NCBI GenBank assembly: GCA_964417685.1
Contig: CAYQIT010000001.1
Location: 17,157 to 81,156, forward strand
From: an uncultured Gammaproteobacteria bacterium
Lineage (GTDB): Bacteria; Pseudomonadota; Gammaproteobacteria; Magnimaribacterales; D2472
DNA: 64,000 bases
Reading direction: 5' to 3'
The notes beneath the pieces are model-generated. The model ran no database searches. It saw only the letters and a program-made list of their open reading frames with translations, and was not told the DNA's origin. The translations under genes and the position numbers were made by a program. Below, piece by piece: positions 17,749-27,405 of this stretch. Position 1 is the first letter of the stretch, and each line of letters opens with the position of its first letter.

Positions 17749-18948
17749 ATGCTTAATTTTTCAAACACAAATGTTCTTCTTTGCGTTACCGGAGGTATTG
17801 CCGCATATAAATCTGCTGAAATTATTCGCTTGCTTAAAAAAGATGGAGCGGAAATAAGGGTTGTAATGACAGAATCAGCTAAGGAATTCATAACACCTTT
17901 AACCCTTCAAGCTGTTTCTGGAAATGAGATACATGATTCGTTACTAGATGTAAAAGCTGAATCTGCAATGGGTCATATTGAATTAGCTAAATGGGCAGAT
18001 ATTATTTTAATTGCACCATGTACTGCAGAGTCTTTAGCAAAGATAACTCATGGCAGGGCAGATGATCTAATGGGATCTGTAATTCTTGCTTCAAATGCAA
18101 CTACATACATAGCACCTGCAATGAATACAAATATGTGGCTCGATAAGAGTACTCAAGAAAACTTTCAGACACTTGTATCCAGGGGTATGAGTTTTATTGG
18201 CCCAGATGAGGGTGAGCAAGCTTGTGGTGATGTTGGTCCAGGGAGACTTGTTGAACCTAAAAAAATAATAGAGTTAATTAAATCTGATTTGCATAAAGGC
18301 CCTTTATCTGGAAAAACTATAACTATTACTGCTGGTCCAACAAGAGAACAAATAGACCCTGTAAGGTATATATCAAATAATAGTTCTGGAAAAATGGGCT
18401 ATGCTCTTGCAGAAGCAGCAACACTTCAAGGTGCAAACGTAAATCTAGTTAGTGGTCCTGTATCTTTAACAGCAAACAAAGAAATAAATTTATTTAAAAT
18501 TAATTCTGCTGATGAGATGCTTGATAAGGTCTTTGAATGCATGAAATCTTCTGATGTTTTTATATCTTGTGCAGCGGTTGCTGATTATAAACCAACCAAC
18601 TATTCAGATACCAAAATTAAAAAAGAAGACTCAGATATCCTTGAAATTAATCTTCAAAAAAATCATGACATCCTAAAAGAAGTTTCTAAACGATATGATT
18701 CTGTCTATATTGTTGGCTTTGCCGCAGAAACTTCCAATGTAAACGATAATGCAAGCAAAAAATTAAATTCAAAAAAACTAAATATGATAATTTCTAATGA
18801 TGTCTCAGATAAGACTATAGGTTTTGACTCAGATGACAACGAGGTTCATGTGATCACAGAAAATGAAACTATTTTTCTTAAAAAAGATAAAAAAATTAAA
18901 ATTGCTCGCGAAATATTAAATATAATCACTTTAAATATTAAATCTTAA
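17749..18948 (+). CDS. coaBC: bifunctional phosphopantothenoylcysteine decarboxylase / phosphopantothenate-cysteine ligase
   Basis: N-terminal flavoprotein domain (LLCVTGGIAAYKS) and C-terminal CoaB domain (ITAGPTREQIDPVRYISNNSSGKMG). Confidence 0.9.
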   Translation: MLNFSNTNVLLCVTGGIAAYKSAEIIRLLKKDGAEIRVVMTESAKEFITPLTLQAVSGNEIHDSLLDVKAESAMGHIELAKWADIILIAPCTAESLAKITHGRADDLMGSVILASNATTYIAPAMNTNMWLDKSTQENFQTLVSRGMSFIGPDEGEQACGDVGPGRLVEPKKIIELIKSDLHKGPLSGKTITITAGPTREQIDPVRYISNNSSGKMGYALAEAATLQGANVNLVSGPVSLTANKEINLFKINSADEMLDKVFECMKSSDVFISCAAVADYKPTNYSDTKIKKEDSDILEINLQKNHDILKEVSKRYDSVYIVGFAAETSNVNDNASKKLNSKKLNMIISNDVSDKTIGFDSDDNEVHVITENETIFLKKDKKIKIAREILNIITLNIKS

Positions 18949-18950
18949 TT

Positions 18951-19766
18951 ATGTCAGCTCAGTCAGATAAAAAACAAACTACGCTATCTTCATTAAAGAA
19001 GATGAAACGCCAAGGTAAAAAATTTACTTGCTTAACATCCTATGAATCTACATTAACATCAAAAATATGTGATGCAGGAGTAGATGTCGTTCTCGTTGGT
19101 GATAGTCTTGGTATGGTAATTCAAGGTCATGACAGCACATTGCCCGTTACAATGGATCAGTTAGTTTATCACTTAGAATGTGTTGTTAAAGGCAATAAAG
19201 GCGCGCATATAATGGCGGATATGCCATTTATGAGTTACGCAACTGATGATATGGGCCTCGAGAATGCTAAAAGGCTTATGCAAGCAGGAGCAAATTCAAT
19301 AAAAATTGAAGGTGGTGATTGGATTTCAAGAATGGCATCTATGCTTGCAGATAGAGGAATTCCTGTTTGTGCTCATATGGGATTAACCCCTCAAGCTATA
19401 AATAGAATAGGTGGTAATTTTGTTCAAGGTAGAGATCCAGCAAAACACGAATTGATTATAAATGAAGCCAAATCACTAGAAGAGGCAGGGGCTTCTTTAT
19501 TATTACTTGAATGCGTACCTGATGAATTAACAAAATTAATCATGAATGAAATATCAATTCCTGTAATTGGAATTGGTGCCGGATCATCAACTGATGGTCA
19601 AGTAATGGTTGTGCATGATTTACTTGGTATTTCATGCTTAGATAAGCTACCAAAATTTGTAAAAAACTTTATGGAAGATTCTTCATCAATTCAAGAAGCT
19701 TTAGCCAATTACGTTAAAGAAGTAAAATCTGGAAATTTCCCAGCAAAAGAACATACATTTTATTAG
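18951..19766 (+). CDS. panB: 3-methyl-2-oxobutanoate hydroxymethyltransferase
   Basis: VGDSLGMV, ADMPFMSY, IKIEGG, HMGLTPQ motifs; 271 aa. Confidence 0.9.
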   Translation: MSAQSDKKQTTLSSLKKMKRQGKKFTCLTSYESTLTSKICDAGVDVVLVGDSLGMVIQGHDSTLPVTMDQLVYHLECVVKGNKGAHIMADMPFMSYATDDMGLENAKRLMQAGANSIKIEGGDWISRMASMLADRGIPVCAHMGLTPQAINRIGGNFVQGRDPAKHELIINEAKSLEEAGASLLLLECVPDELTKLIMNEISIPVIGIGAGSSTDGQVMVVHDLLGISCLDKLPKFVKNFMEDSSSIQEALANYVKEVKSGNFPAKEHTFY

Positions 19767-19772
19767 TATATA

Positions 19773-20585
19773 TTGAAAATTATTACCGAATATCAAGAAT
19801 TTATAAACTATAGAAATACTCTTAAGTCAATTTCTTTTGTGCCAACAATGGGAAACTTACATAAAGGCCATATGACTCTAATTGATAACGCAAAGTCCTA
19901 TAATTCTCATGTAGCTGCCTCAATATTTATAAACCCTCTTCAATTTAATGATGCTAGTGACTTTAAAAATTATCCTAAATCGCTAGATGATGATATTGCT
20001 CTATTGTCTAAACATGGCTGTAATTCGGTATTTATTCCAAATTCTTCAATCCTCGAGGGCATTAAAGAACTAAAAGCACCTGATACTGCCCTATATCTTT
20101 GTGGAGTGAATAGACCAGGTCATTTTGATGGTGTATTAACTATTGTTAATAAATTATTTGAAATAACAAAACCAACCAGAGCATTTTTTGGAAAGAAAGA
20201 CTTTCAACAATTAACTCTAATCAAGAATTTTGTTAAAGAAAAAAAGTTACCTATAGAAATTATAAGTGTTGATACTGTAAGAGAGTGGAATGGATTGGCA
20301 ATGTCATCTAGAAATATTAGATTATCTGAATCTGATAGAGAAAAGGCTTCAAAACTTTATAAAACTCTTTCTTCTATTAAAGCTAATTCAAATAATTTAT
20401 CTTATGAAATGATTAAGAGCTACAAAGATGATTTAACTCAACAAGGGTTCGATGTTGATTATTTATCAGTTTGTAATCCTAATAGTTTAAAGGATCTTGA
20501 AGATTTTAATTTAAAGCCAATATTAGTTGCTATTGCTGCATCCATAGGTGGGATTAGACTTATTGATAATATATTGATTGACTAG
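19773..20585 (+). CDS. panC: pantoate-beta-alanine ligase
   Basis: TTG start. PTMGNLHKGH, FGKKDFQQ, MSSRN motifs; 270 aa. Confidence 0.9.
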   Translation: MKIITEYQEFINYRNTLKSISFVPTMGNLHKGHMTLIDNAKSYNSHVAASIFINPLQFNDASDFKNYPKSLDDDIALLSKHGCNSVFIPNSSILEGIKELKAPDTALYLCGVNRPGHFDGVLTIVNKLFEITKPTRAFFGKKDFQQLTLIKNFVKEKKLPIEIISVDTVREWNGLAMSSRNIRLSESDREKASKLYKTLSSIKANSNNLSYEMIKSYKDDLTQQGFDVDYLSVCNPNSLKDLEDFNLKPILVAIAASIGGIRLIDNILID

Positions 20586-20632
20586 CTACATCCTTTAAAT
20601 ATTATAAATAATTACTTATACTTCGCTTTAAT

Positions 20633-21022
20633 ATGCTAAAAACATTACTTAAATCAAAGCTGCACCGTATCAACGTCACCCAAGTTGAGCTTGACTATGA
20701 AGGCTCATGCGCAGTAGATCAAGAGTTTTTAGATACTGCAGGTATGCAAGAATATGAAAGGGTGGATGTATATAATGTAACTAATGGAGAAAGATTCTCA
20801 ACATATTTAATTCTTGCTGAGGCTGGCTCAAAAACTTTATCAGTTAATGGTGCAGCTGCTCATAAAGTTTCACTTGGTGATATTGTTATTATTTGTACCT
20901 ACGGTGAATTTGACGAAGTTGAATCTAAAGAACATCAGCCAACTTTAGTCTACTTTGATAAAGATAATAATATAACCGGAGTAAAAAATTCTATTCCTGA
21001 GCAAAAACTTCATTCTGTTTAA
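20633..21022 (+). CDS. panD: aspartate 1-decarboxylase
   Basis: LKSKLHRINVTQVELDYEGSCAVD with the self-processing Gly-Ser site; 129 aa. Confidence 0.9.
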   Translation: MLKTLLKSKLHRINVTQVELDYEGSCAVDQEFLDTAGMQEYERVDVYNVTNGERFSTYLILAEAGSKTLSVNGAAAHKVSLGDIVIICTYGEFDEVESKEHQPTLVYFDKDNNITGVKNSIPEQKLHSV

Positions 21023-21023
21023 T

Positions 21024-21914
21024 TTGCTAAAATTTTTTTTAATCCTTGTACTTTCTGTACATTCTTATGCTGATACAAAATTAGTTATATTAGGCTCTGG
21101 AACTCCCAATCCAGATCCTGAGCGTTATGGGTCAGCCTATGCAGTGATCGCTAATGATCAAGCATATATAGTTGATTTTGGGCCAGGAGTTATTAGAAGA
21201 GCAGCAGAGATGTCTCCTGCTTGGGGTGGTTATATACCTCAGCTTCAGGTTAGTAAACTACAGTACGCATTTTTAACACATATTCATTCAGACCACTCAG
21301 GTGGATTAGCTGACTTAATTCTTACTCCTTGGGTTATGGGCAGAAATACTGAATTAAAGTTATTTGGTCCAAAGGGCTTAAAAAAAATGTCCAAAGGAAT
21401 TCAAAACGCATATGAGTTAGATATTTTATATAGATTAAATGGAACTCAGCCAGCAAATCCTGTTGGTTATAAAACTATAGTAAAAGAAATTGATGAGGGA
21501 GTTATTTTTAAAGATGATAATGTAGAGGTCACTGCTTTTTATAATGATCATGGTGGCCTTAGAAATTCATTTGGTTTTGTATTTAAGACCAAAGATAAAA
21601 AAATACTTTTTTCAGGAGACACCTCACTAAGCAATAATTTAATTAAACATGGTAATGATCTTGATATTTTGGTCCATGAAGTTTACTCAAGTGAAGGATT
21701 TAAAACAAAGACAGATGATTGGAAAATTTATCATAAAGAACACCATACCTCTTCAATAGAATTGGGCTTAATAGCAAAAGACCTAAAACCTAAAAAACTT
21801 GTTGCTTCACATATACTATTTTGGGGTGCTTCAGAAGAATCTATATATAAAGATATAAGAAAGAGCTTTGAGGGTGAGATAATCATAGCTAATGATTTAT
21901 TAGTTGTTGACTGA
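21024..21914 (+). CDS. exported metallo-beta-lactamase-fold hydrolase
   Basis: TTG start, signal peptide, HxHxDH motif THIHSDHSGG and a later HE/H ligand pattern. Confidence 0.75.
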   Translation: MLKFFLILVLSVHSYADTKLVILGSGTPNPDPERYGSAYAVIANDQAYIVDFGPGVIRRAAEMSPAWGGYIPQLQVSKLQYAFLTHIHSDHSGGLADLILTPWVMGRNTELKLFGPKGLKKMSKGIQNAYELDILYRLNGTQPANPVGYKTIVKEIDEGVIFKDDNVEVTAFYNDHGGLRNSFGFVFKTKDKKILFSGDTSLSNNLIKHGNDLDILVHEVYSSEGFKTKTDDWKIYHKEHHTSSIELGLIAKDLKPKKLVASHILFWGASEESIYKDIRKSFEGEIIIANDLLVVD

Positions 21915-21979
21915 TAAATAATGATTGACCATAAAGAACTCTACCTGTAACCTTCAGCCAACTCTTCATAAGGAAAATA

Positions 21980-23206
21980 ATGAAATTTGATGATCTTGAA
22001 TTGTCTGATCCAATATTAAGATCACTACAAAATCAAAAATACAAAGAACCAACACCTATACAAAGCAAGGTTATACCTGAAATAGCTAATGGTAAAGATG
22101 TTATGGCAGCTGCACAAACAGGGACAGGTAAAACAGCTGCTTTTGTTCTTCCTATTTTAAATAAACTAACCCATCCAAAAGAAAAATTTAAAGGCCATAG
22201 ATTAAGAGCTCTTATTGTTACACCAACAAGAGAGCTAGCTATACAAGTTAGAGAAAATATTAATACTTATAGTAAATACTTAAGCATCAGATCAACAGCT
22301 GTTTATGGTGGAGCTAGAATACATAATCAGAGATTAAAGTTAAGAAAAGGCGTAGATATTCTTGTTGCGACTCCAGGTAGATTACTTGATTTACACAATC
22401 AGAAATCAGTAAATTTAAAAAATATTGAAATTTTTGTTTTAGATGAAGCAGATCAAATGCTTGATATGGGATTTATTCATGACATAAAAAAAATATGCAA
22501 ATTAATACCTGATAAAAGACAAAATTTGATGTTTACAGCAACTTTTTCAAATAGCTTTAGATCGCTTGCAAAAGAAATGTCCAAAGAAGCTATTGAAATT
22601 TCTGTTACAACAGATGGCGCTACAGGAAAAAATATTAGCCACCATGTTCATCCTGTAGACAAATCAAGGAAGGCAGAGTTATTAATTGAATTAATAGAAG
22701 TTAATAATTGGGATCAAGCATTGGTTTTCACTAGAACAAAACACGGTGCTGATAGACTTCAAAAACAGCTTACCAGAGCTGATATTAGTACTAAAGCAAT
22801 TCATGGAAATAAAACACAAAACAATAGACTAAAAGCATTAGAATCATTTAAAAATAATAAAATAAAAATTCTTGTAGCTACTGATGTGGCTGCTAGAGGA
22901 TTAGATATTAAAAATTTGCCACAAGTAGTTAATTTTGATGTTCCAACCGGACCTAAAGATTATATACATAGGATTGGTAGAACTGGCAGGGGTGGTGAGA
23001 AAGGTCAGGCAATATCTTTAGTCAGTGCTGATGAAATTAAACTTCTAAATGATATTGAAAAACTATTAAAATATAAATTAAAAAGAATTGAGGTTGAGGG
23101 TTTTGAACCAACCCATGTAGTTCCCGATAATATTAAAAAACAAGGTAACAAAAAAAATCATAACAAAGGTGGTTTTAGAAGAAGGAAGAGATCAAGAAAA
23201 GGGTAA
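21980..23206 (+). CDS. rhlE: DEAD-box ATP-dependent RNA helicase, RhlE-like
   Basis: Q motif, AAQTGTGKT, PTRELA, VLDEADQM, TAT, HRIGRTGRGG, basic C-terminal tail. Confidence 0.8.
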   Translation: MKFDDLELSDPILRSLQNQKYKEPTPIQSKVIPEIANGKDVMAAAQTGTGKTAAFVLPILNKLTHPKEKFKGHRLRALIVTPTRELAIQVRENINTYSKYLSIRSTAVYGGARIHNQRLKLRKGVDILVATPGRLLDLHNQKSVNLKNIEIFVLDEADQMLDMGFIHDIKKICKLIPDKRQNLMFTATFSNSFRSLAKEMSKEAIEISVTTDGATGKNISHHVHPVDKSRKAELLIELIEVNNWDQALVFTRTKHGADRLQKQLTRADISTKAIHGNKTQNNRLKALESFKNNKIKILVATDVAARGLDIKNLPQVVNFDVPTGPKDYIHRIGRTGRGGEKGQAISLVSADEIKLLNDIEKLLKYKLKRIEVEGFEPTHVVPDNIKKQGNKKNHNKGGFRRRKRSRKG

Positions 23207-23218
23207 GTATAAATTGTT

Positions 23219-24439
23219 ATGAAAGAAGGAATGAGCTTTGATTCAGTAATCCTTGGAGGTGGTGCGGGAGGCTTATTTTGCGCACTTACTGCAGCAAAAA
23301 GAGGTAGTAAAGTATTAGTTCTAGAGAGATCTAATAAGCTAGGAAAAAAAATACTTATGTCTGGTGGGGGTAAATGCAACTTCACAAATTATGATGTTTC
23401 AAATAATAACTTTCTTTCAGATAATATTCATTTTTGTAAGTCCGCATTATCTAAATATACACCTCAAGATTTTATTGACCTTGTAAAAAGTCATGCAATT
23501 GAATTTGAAGAAAAAAAACATGGGCAACTATTTTGCGTAAATTCAGCAAAAGACATAGTTGAAATGCTTAAAAGAGAATGTGATAAATATAAAGTCAGCA
23601 TTATTACGCATGCAGAAACAGAAAAAGTTAAATTTGTAGATAATAAATATAATTTAGATATAACTGTTGATAACAAAATTGATAATCATTTTATGAGTGT
23701 TAAGGCTTCTAAATTGGTGGTTGCAACAGGAGCATTATCGGTTCCGACACTAGGTGGAAGTGCCTTTGGTTATCAGCTAGCCAAACAATTTGGATTAGAA
23801 ATTATAAAAACTCGTGCTGGTTTAGTTCCTTTTATTTTTACTGATGTTTTAAAAGATACATGTATAAAGCTATCTGGGGTTTCACATTTTTGCAAAGTCT
23901 CTTGCAATAATAAATCTTTTACAGAAGATATTTTATTTACTCATCGTGGTTTAAGCGGACCTGCAATTCTTCAAATTTCAAACTATTGGAACGAAGGAGA
24001 GGCTATTAATATAAACCTTTTTCCTGATACTGACATTAAAAATTACATATTTGAACACAAGAAAAATACCCCAAAACAGAAACTTAAATCAATATTAAAT
24101 AATATTATGTCAAAATCTTTGGTTGAGGAGCTCGCGTGCATTTTTTGGAATGATTATAAAGATATTAGTCTTGCTGAAATATCTAATCAAGTTATTGAAG
24201 ATGTCTCAAATCAACTAACAAACTGGGTTTTGTTGCCTGCAACTACAGAAGGTTATAGAACTGCAGAGGTTACTCTTTGCGGCGTCAATACAAAGCATTT
24301 AAGTTCAAAAAATATGGAGGTAAAAAACCAAAAGGGCTTATATTTTATCGGAGAAGTTTTGGATGTCACTGGGCACTTAGGTGGCTTTAATTTTCAATGG
24401 GCATGGTCTTCGGCATATGCAGCTGGATGTGATATATAA
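23219..24439 (+). CDS. YhiN/HI0933-family FAD-dependent oxidoreductase
   Basis: GGGAGGLFCA dinucleotide motif; 406 aa; C-terminal GEVLDVTGHLGGFNFQWAWSSA typical of the family. Confidence 0.8.
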   Translation: MKEGMSFDSVILGGGAGGLFCALTAAKRGSKVLVLERSNKLGKKILMSGGGKCNFTNYDVSNNNFLSDNIHFCKSALSKYTPQDFIDLVKSHAIEFEEKKHGQLFCVNSAKDIVEMLKRECDKYKVSIITHAETEKVKFVDNKYNLDITVDNKIDNHFMSVKASKLVVATGALSVPTLGGSAFGYQLAKQFGLEIIKTRAGLVPFIFTDVLKDTCIKLSGVSHFCKVSCNNKSFTEDILFTHRGLSGPAILQISNYWNEGEAININLFPDTDIKNYIFEHKKNTPKQKLKSILNNIMSKSLVEELACIFWNDYKDISLAEISNQVIEDVSNQLTNWVLLPATTEGYRTAEVTLCGVNTKHLSSKNMEVKNQKGLYFIGEVLDVTGHLGGFNFQWAWSSAYAAGCDI

Positions 24440-26299
24440 ATGCTCTCATTTAATTCTTTAGATCTTGTTTTAGGCGGAAATGAATTATTTGATAATATTT
24501 CTTTCACTATTCATCAAAATCAAAAAATTGGACTTGTAGGTGTTAATGGTTCAGGTAAAACAAGCTTATTTAAAATTATTACCAAACAAATAGAAGTTGA
24601 TCCTAGTTGCTTTAGTCATTCTCCTGATTTAAGAATTTCGTATTTGGCACAAGAGGTTAAAAGCTCTGATAAAAAGGCTATTGATTATGTTATTTCTGGT
24701 GATTATGAGTTAGTGAAAATTATGGAACAAATCACGATTGCTGAAAAAAATGAGCAATTTGAATTAGTTGCATCACTTTATGAGCAATACTCAATTCTAG
24801 ATGGATATAGTGCAAACTCAAAAGCACAAAAACTTATGAATGGTCTTGGTTTTAAAGAAACAGATTTTAATAAATCATTAAATGAGTTTTCCGGAGGATG
24901 GCGAGTTAGACTGAATTTAGCCAAAACCCTTATGCAACCATCTGATTTATTATTATTAGATGAGCCTACAAACCATTTAGATCTTGATGCTATTTTATGG
25001 CTTGCCAATTGGATTAAGCATTTTAAAGGAGCCCTTATTTTAATTTCCCATGACAGAGATTTTTTAGATGACTGTGTTTCTTTTATAGCTCACTTGGATG
25101 CGAGTAGAATTGATTTGTATAAAGGTAACTTTTCACAATTTGAAGTTTTGAGATCTATGAAACTAGCTGAGATCAAAAGTAATTATGAAAAACAGCAAAG
25201 AGAAATTGAACATATGAAAACCTTTATAACAAGATTTAAAGCAAAAGCTACAAAAGCAAAGCAAGCCCAAAGCCGAGTTAAATCTCTTGAAAGAATGAAA
25301 TTGATTATTCCAGCCCATATCAAATCACCATTTAAGTTTTCAATAACCGCATCAGATAAAACATCCAATCCTTTGATGGTTTTTAAAGAAGCAGTTCTGG
25401 GATATACATCACCTGTTATAAGTAATCTTGAGCTATCAATATCCCCTGGTGATCGAATTGGTTTGTTGGGTTCAAATGGTGCAGGCAAATCAACCTTGAT
25501 TAAGAGTATTGTTGGTGAATTATCAGTGCTAAAGGGAGAAAAGGAGATTGGAAAAAATACAAATATCGGCTATTTTTCCCAACATCAGGTTGATGATCTT
25601 GATTTAAGTATTTCTGCATTTGAGCACATACAAAAATTAGATATTACAAAAGACGAAAAGCAAATAAGAAATTATCTTGGTAGTTTTAATTTTAAGGGTG
25701 AAAAAGTTTCAGACAGAGTTAATTTATTTTCAGGTGGGGAAAAGGCGAGGCTTGCCTTTGCAATTATAGCTTATAAAAAGCCTAATTTATTAATCATGGA
25801 TGAGCCTACAAATCATCTGGATATGGAAATGAGACATGCTTTGACAGTAGCTATTCAAAATTTTGAGGGCGCTATTTTATTGGTTTCTCATGATAGATAT
25901 TTACTTAATAGCTCCGTGGACTTTTTTTACATAGTAAAGGATTCAAGTCTGAGCATATTTGATGGCGATCTTGAAGATTACAGAAATTATGTTTTAGATA
26001 AGATAAGCTTAAAAAAAATATCAAATAATCAAGAAAGGCATGCAACTCAGTCCAATGTTTTAAATGAAAAGAAAAGATCTCTTAAAAAAGAAATTAAACA
26101 ATTAGAAAAGAGGTTGGAGAGACTTAATTTAAAATTAAAAGATGCTAATGAAGAACTAGCTGATCCAAGTCTGTATGAGGGAACTGTGCACGAGAACCTC
26201 CAAGATTTAATAAGAAATCAACACGAGTTAACTAATGAGATGAAAGAATCTGAAGCTTTATGGTTATATAAAGTTCAAGAGTTGGAAGAAATTTTATAG
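24440..26299 (+). CDS. ABC-F family ATPase (YheS/Uup-like)
   Basis: Two cassettes (GVNGSGKTS/LSGGWRVRL/LLLDEPTNHLD and GSNGAGKST/FSGGEKARL/LIMDEPTNHLD), no TM segments, C-terminal coiled coil. Confidence 0.85.
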   Translation: MLSFNSLDLVLGGNELFDNISFTIHQNQKIGLVGVNGSGKTSLFKIITKQIEVDPSCFSHSPDLRISYLAQEVKSSDKKAIDYVISGDYELVKIMEQITIAEKNEQFELVASLYEQYSILDGYSANSKAQKLMNGLGFKETDFNKSLNEFSGGWRVRLNLAKTLMQPSDLLLLDEPTNHLDLDAILWLANWIKHFKGALILISHDRDFLDDCVSFIAHLDASRIDLYKGNFSQFEVLRSMKLAEIKSNYEKQQREIEHMKTFITRFKAKATKAKQAQSRVKSLERMKLIIPAHIKSPFKFSITASDKTSNPLMVFKEAVLGYTSPVISNLELSISPGDRIGLLGSNGAGKSTLIKSIVGELSVLKGEKEIGKNTNIGYFSQHQVDDLDLSISAFEHIQKLDITKDEKQIRNYLGSFNFKGEKVSDRVNLFSGGEKARLAFAIIAYKKPNLLIMDEPTNHLDMEMRHALTVAIQNFEGAILLVSHDRYLLNSSVDFFYIVKDSSLSIFDGDLEDYRNYVLDKISLKKISNNQERHATQSNVLNEKKRSLKKEIKQLEKRLERLNLKLKDANEELADPSLYEGTVHENLQDLIRNQHELTNEMKESEALWLYKVQELEEIL

Positions 26300-26303
26300 A
26301 AAA

Positions 26304-26380
26304 TGGCGCGCCCGGAGAGATTCGAACTCCCGACCCCTTGGTTCGTAGCCAAGTACTCTATCCAGCTGAGCTACGGGCGC
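26304..26380 (-). tRNA. tRNA-Arg, anticodon ACG
   Basis: Reverse complement GCGCCCG-TA-GCTCAGCTGGATAGAGT-A-CTTGG-CTACGAA-CCAAG-GGGTC-GGGAG-TTCGAAT-CTCTC-CGGGCGC-G-CCA. 77 nt. Confidence 0.95.
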
Positions 26381-26385
26381 TTTTA

Positions 26386-26556
26386 TTAAAGTTTGCGGGC
26401 CTCATCAGGAAGCATAACAGGAATACCATCTTTAATGGGATAGGCTAATCCAGCTTTCTGAGAAATAAGTTCATTTGTTTCCTCGTTGTAAACAAGATCA
26501 GATTTTGTAACAGGACAAACTAGAATATCTAATAGTTTTTTATCTAAAATAGCCAT
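26386..26556 (-). CDS. Trm112/YcaR-like small protein (UPF0434)
   Basis: Not in the ORF track because it is 56 aa. My translation is [56 protein letters not shown], which closely parallels E. coli YcaR (LLEIIACPVC...FPLRDGIPVLLETEAR). Confidence 0.75.
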   Translation of the reverse strand: MAILDKKLLDILVCPVTKSDLVYNEETNELISQKAGLAYPIKDGIPVMLPDEARKL

Positions 26557-26629
26557 ATTTTTGCAGTATACAACAGGATTAAATCACTTTATATATGGTA
26601 TTGTAACCGAAATTGAAAACCCTTTAATC

Positions 26630-27391
26630 ATGAACAATATAGAGCTTAAAGCATTAGAAGATTTTCCTTATGTTGAGCCTGGTGATGACCTTGCTAAAAT
26701 TATTTTAAAATCTTTTAGAATAAACAATATCAACTTAGATGATGGTGATGTTGTTGTTGTAGCTCAAAAAATAATATCAAAATCAGAGAATAGATATATT
26801 GATTTAAATAAAATAACACCCTCTGAAAAAGCTATTACACTTGCTAAGGAGCTCAACAGAGATTCAAGCTTTATACAGGTAATTTTAAATGAATCTAATG
26901 AAATTGTTAGTACAGAAAAAAACGTAATTATTGTTGAACATAAACTTGGATTTATAAATATTAATGCTGGTATAGATAGATCTAATATTCCTCAAGATAT
27001 TAATCAAGTTCTGCTCTTACCAAAAAACCCAACAATAAGTGCTAACAACCTCCGGTTAGCTTTAAGTGAAAAGTTTAAAAAACAAATAGCTGTAGTTATT
27101 ACAGACTCAATGACAAGACCATATAGATCTGGAGTTACAAATTTTGCTCTTGCTAGTTCTAACCTTCAAAGTTTGATTGATCTATCAGGTGAAAAGGATA
27201 TGTACGGTAATATACTTAAAAACACTGAAATAGCTGTTGCTGATGAAATTGCTGCCGCAAGTGGTTTGTTGATGGGGCAAGGATCGGATAAAAAACCAGT
27301 AGTAATAATCAAAGGTTTTAACAAGAATAAATACAAAGTTAATGATGCATTAGATTTGGTAGTGTCCAGAGAAGATGATTTGTATAGGTAA
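26630..27391 (+). CDS. CofE-like (F420-0:gamma-glutamyl ligase family) protein
   Basis: PGDDLAK, VVVAQKIISKSENR, NAGIDRSN, LLPKNP..SA, VVITDS, VADEIAAASGLLMGQGSDKKPVVIIKG and a C-terminal REDDLYR match CofE throughout. Start moved to ATG 26630. Confidence 0.75.
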   Translation: MNNIELKALEDFPYVEPGDDLAKIILKSFRINNINLDDGDVVVVAQKIISKSENRYIDLNKITPSEKAITLAKELNRDSSFIQVILNESNEIVSTEKNVIIVEHKLGFININAGIDRSNIPQDINQVLLLPKNPTISANNLRLALSEKFKKQIAVVITDSMTRPYRSGVTNFALASSNLQSLIDLSGEKDMYGNILKNTEIAVADEIAAASGLLMGQGSDKKPVVIIKGFNKNKYKVNDALDLVVSREDDLYR

Positions 27392-27405
27392 GATATAATA
27401 TATTT

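Noticed and set aside
13647-26380. The two directly repeated tRNA-Arg genes as boundaries of a mobile genomic island.
   Set aside because: The intervening genes are housekeeping (coaBC-panBCD, rhlE, ABC-F and others). I saw no integrase, transposase or phage genes and no evident compositional change.
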